A stretch of DNA of 64,000 bases from Nitrospirota bacterium (GTDB taxonomy: Bacteria > Nitrospirota > Leptospirillia > Leptospirillales > Leptospirillaceae): contig JAJZXW010000041.1 in NCBI GenBank assembly GCA_021806225.1, forward strand, positions 21,355-85,354, read 5' to 3'. Position numbers and translations under genes: made by a program. Shown here piece after piece: positions 62,939 to 64,000 of this stretch. Every line of letters begins with the position of its first letter. The first letter of the stretch is position 1. The notes under the pieces were generated by a model, which saw nothing but the letters and a program-made list of their open reading frames with translations, was not told the DNA's origin and made no database searches.

Positions 62939-63766
62939 ATGACGCCATCCACCCTACCCGTCCAGAAGGACCCTTTTTCTTCCCGGAAACCCCGGGTAGC
63001 AGTCCTGAAGCTGGCTTCCTGCGACGGATGCCAATTGGCCTTTCTGGGTCTCGGGGAACGCCTGCTCGAGCTCGCCGCCGCGGTCGAGTTCGTCCATTTC
63101 GCCGAAATGGGCCCCCTCGGCCCTCTGACCGATCTCGACATCACCTTCATCGAGGGCAGTCTTTCGACCCGGGAGGACCTCGAAACGGTCCGCTCTGTCC
63201 GCAAGGAAAGCCGGTACCTGGTGACGATCGGGGCCTGCGCCACTTCCGGCGGGATCCAGGCGCTCCGCAACCTGACCTCCGGAGAGTCCCTCTCCGGGAT
63301 CTATCCTTCCCCCGGGTTCATCGATTTTCTTGACCGTTCGACCCCAGTGGCATCGGAGATTCCGGTCGACCTCGAACTCTGGGGATGTCCTGTGACCGGG
63401 GAGCAGATCCTTGGAGCCCTCCGGTCGCTTCTCTTTGGGACAACTCCCCCGGTCGAGCATGACAAGGTCTGCCTCGAATGCAAGCGCCGCGCGATTGCCT
63501 GCGTGACGGTCACGATGGGGGTTCCCTGCCTGGGACCGGTCACCCTCACGGGATGCGGGGCCCTCTGTCCCTCATTCAACCGGGGGTGCTACGGATGCTT
63601 CGGTCCATCCGAAAATCCCGAAACGTCCTCCCTCGCCCGGAAGTTTGCCGGACTTGGGCTCCCTCCGGACGAGATCGCCCGGCGCTTTCTCTTCATCAAC
63701 AGCAACGCCGGTCCTTTCCGGGAGGAAGGGGAACGATGGCGGGGAGATCACTCCCATGAACGATGA
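62939..63766 (+). CDS. [NiFe]-hydrogenase small (delta) subunit, cytoplasmic group 3 type
   Basis: ATG 62939 lies 2 nt after the previous stop. Motifs are LASCDGCQLAFL, GACATSGGIQAL and C-terminal CxxC clusters. No Tat signal peptide is present. Confidence 0.85.
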   Translation: MTPSTLPVQKDPFSSRKPRVAVLKLASCDGCQLAFLGLGERLLELAAAVEFVHFAEMGPLGPLTDLDITFIEGSLSTREDLETVRSVRKESRYLVTIGACATSGGIQALRNLTSGESLSGIYPSPGFIDFLDRSTPVASEIPVDLELWGCPVTGEQILGALRSLLFGTTPPVEHDKVCLECKRRAIACVTVTMGVPCLGPVTLTGCGALCPSFNRGCYGCFGPSENPETSSLARKFAGLGLPPDEIARRFLFINSNAGPFREEGERWRGDHSHER

Positions 63767-64000
63767 TCGCCTTCTTCGCATTCCGGTCATGGCCCGGGTC
63801 GAGGGAAAGGGAGCGCTCGAGGTGACCGTGAGCCACGGGCGGATCGGGGCGCTCCGCCTCCGCATCTTCGAGCCTCCTCGCCTTTTCGAAAAAATCCTTG
63901 AAGGCCGCGATTTCCGGGAGGTTCCGGACATCGTGGCCCGGATCTGCGGAATCTGCCCGGCCGCCTATCAGCTGACGGCCGTCTCGGCCATCGAAGCGGG
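63756..64000 (+). CDS. [NiFe]-hydrogenase large (alpha) subunit, 5' partial (runs off window)
   Basis: ATG 63756 overlaps the small-subunit stop. The translation is MNDDRLLRIPVMARVEGKGALEV...ARICGICPAAYQL, which includes the N-terminal RxCGxC Ni-binding motif. Confidence 0.8.
   Translation, partial: MNDDRLLRIPVMARVEGKGALEVTVSHGRIGALRLRIFEPPRLFEKILEGRDFREVPDIVARICGICPAAYQLTAVSAIEA

Noticed and set aside
1-64000. CRISPR arrays, insertion sequences, integrases, prophage or defence-system genes
   Set aside because: I found no spaced direct-repeat arrays, transposase- or integrase-like translations, or terminal inverted repeats on either strand. The tRNA-Glu at the left end has no adjacent integrase or duplicated 3' tRNA fragment.

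Overview
GC-rich, densely coding bacterial chromosomal segment. Most of it is housekeeping genes in long co-directional strings whose start and stop codons often overlap. I saw no rRNA, CRISPR array, transposase, integrase or phage-like gene. Left to right: tRNA-Glu(CTC); a HAD phosphatase; an envelope lipoprotein cluster; RNase R; Pal and OmpA-type lipoproteins; the minus-strand string ilvE-polA-TPR-membrane-coaE-galU-thiL-DUF2062; a BI-1 family protein; two small lipoproteins and a LysR regulator; the minus-strand string rplU-rpmA-obg-proB-proA-nadD-rsfS-lapAB-comF; fur; an APC permease fused to a Usp domain; a Ycf48-like propeller lipoprotein with an outer-membrane-like protein; and thrS-infC(ATT start)-rpmI-rplT. 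Next come two convergent c-di-GMP genes. One is a 1878-aa sensor with a periplasmic domain, three PAS-GAF modules, a LOV-type PAS domain, GGDEF, EAL and a possible CZB-like zinc-binding tail. These are followed by the minus-strand string thiG-thiE-M23 peptidase-thiD-queD-two ABC ATPases-pheS-pheT, where the PheRS is archaeal-type. After that come a possibly Fur-controlled outer-membrane protein and TPR lipoprotein pair, then acs with a VOC enzyme. The right end holds a redox island. It has a 2-oxoacid:ferredoxin oxidoreductase (gamma, alpha, beta) whose ferredoxin module is fused to a GltD-like NAD(P)H/FAD protein. Divergent from it is a four-subunit sulfhydrogenase-like [NiFe] hydrogenase, truncated at the window edge. 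The most interesting candidates are the LOV-gated c-di-GMP mega-sensor, the OFOR-GltD fusion next to the hydrogenase, and the archaeal-type PheRS. All functional calls rest on motif recognition by eye from the ORF translations; no database search was possible.
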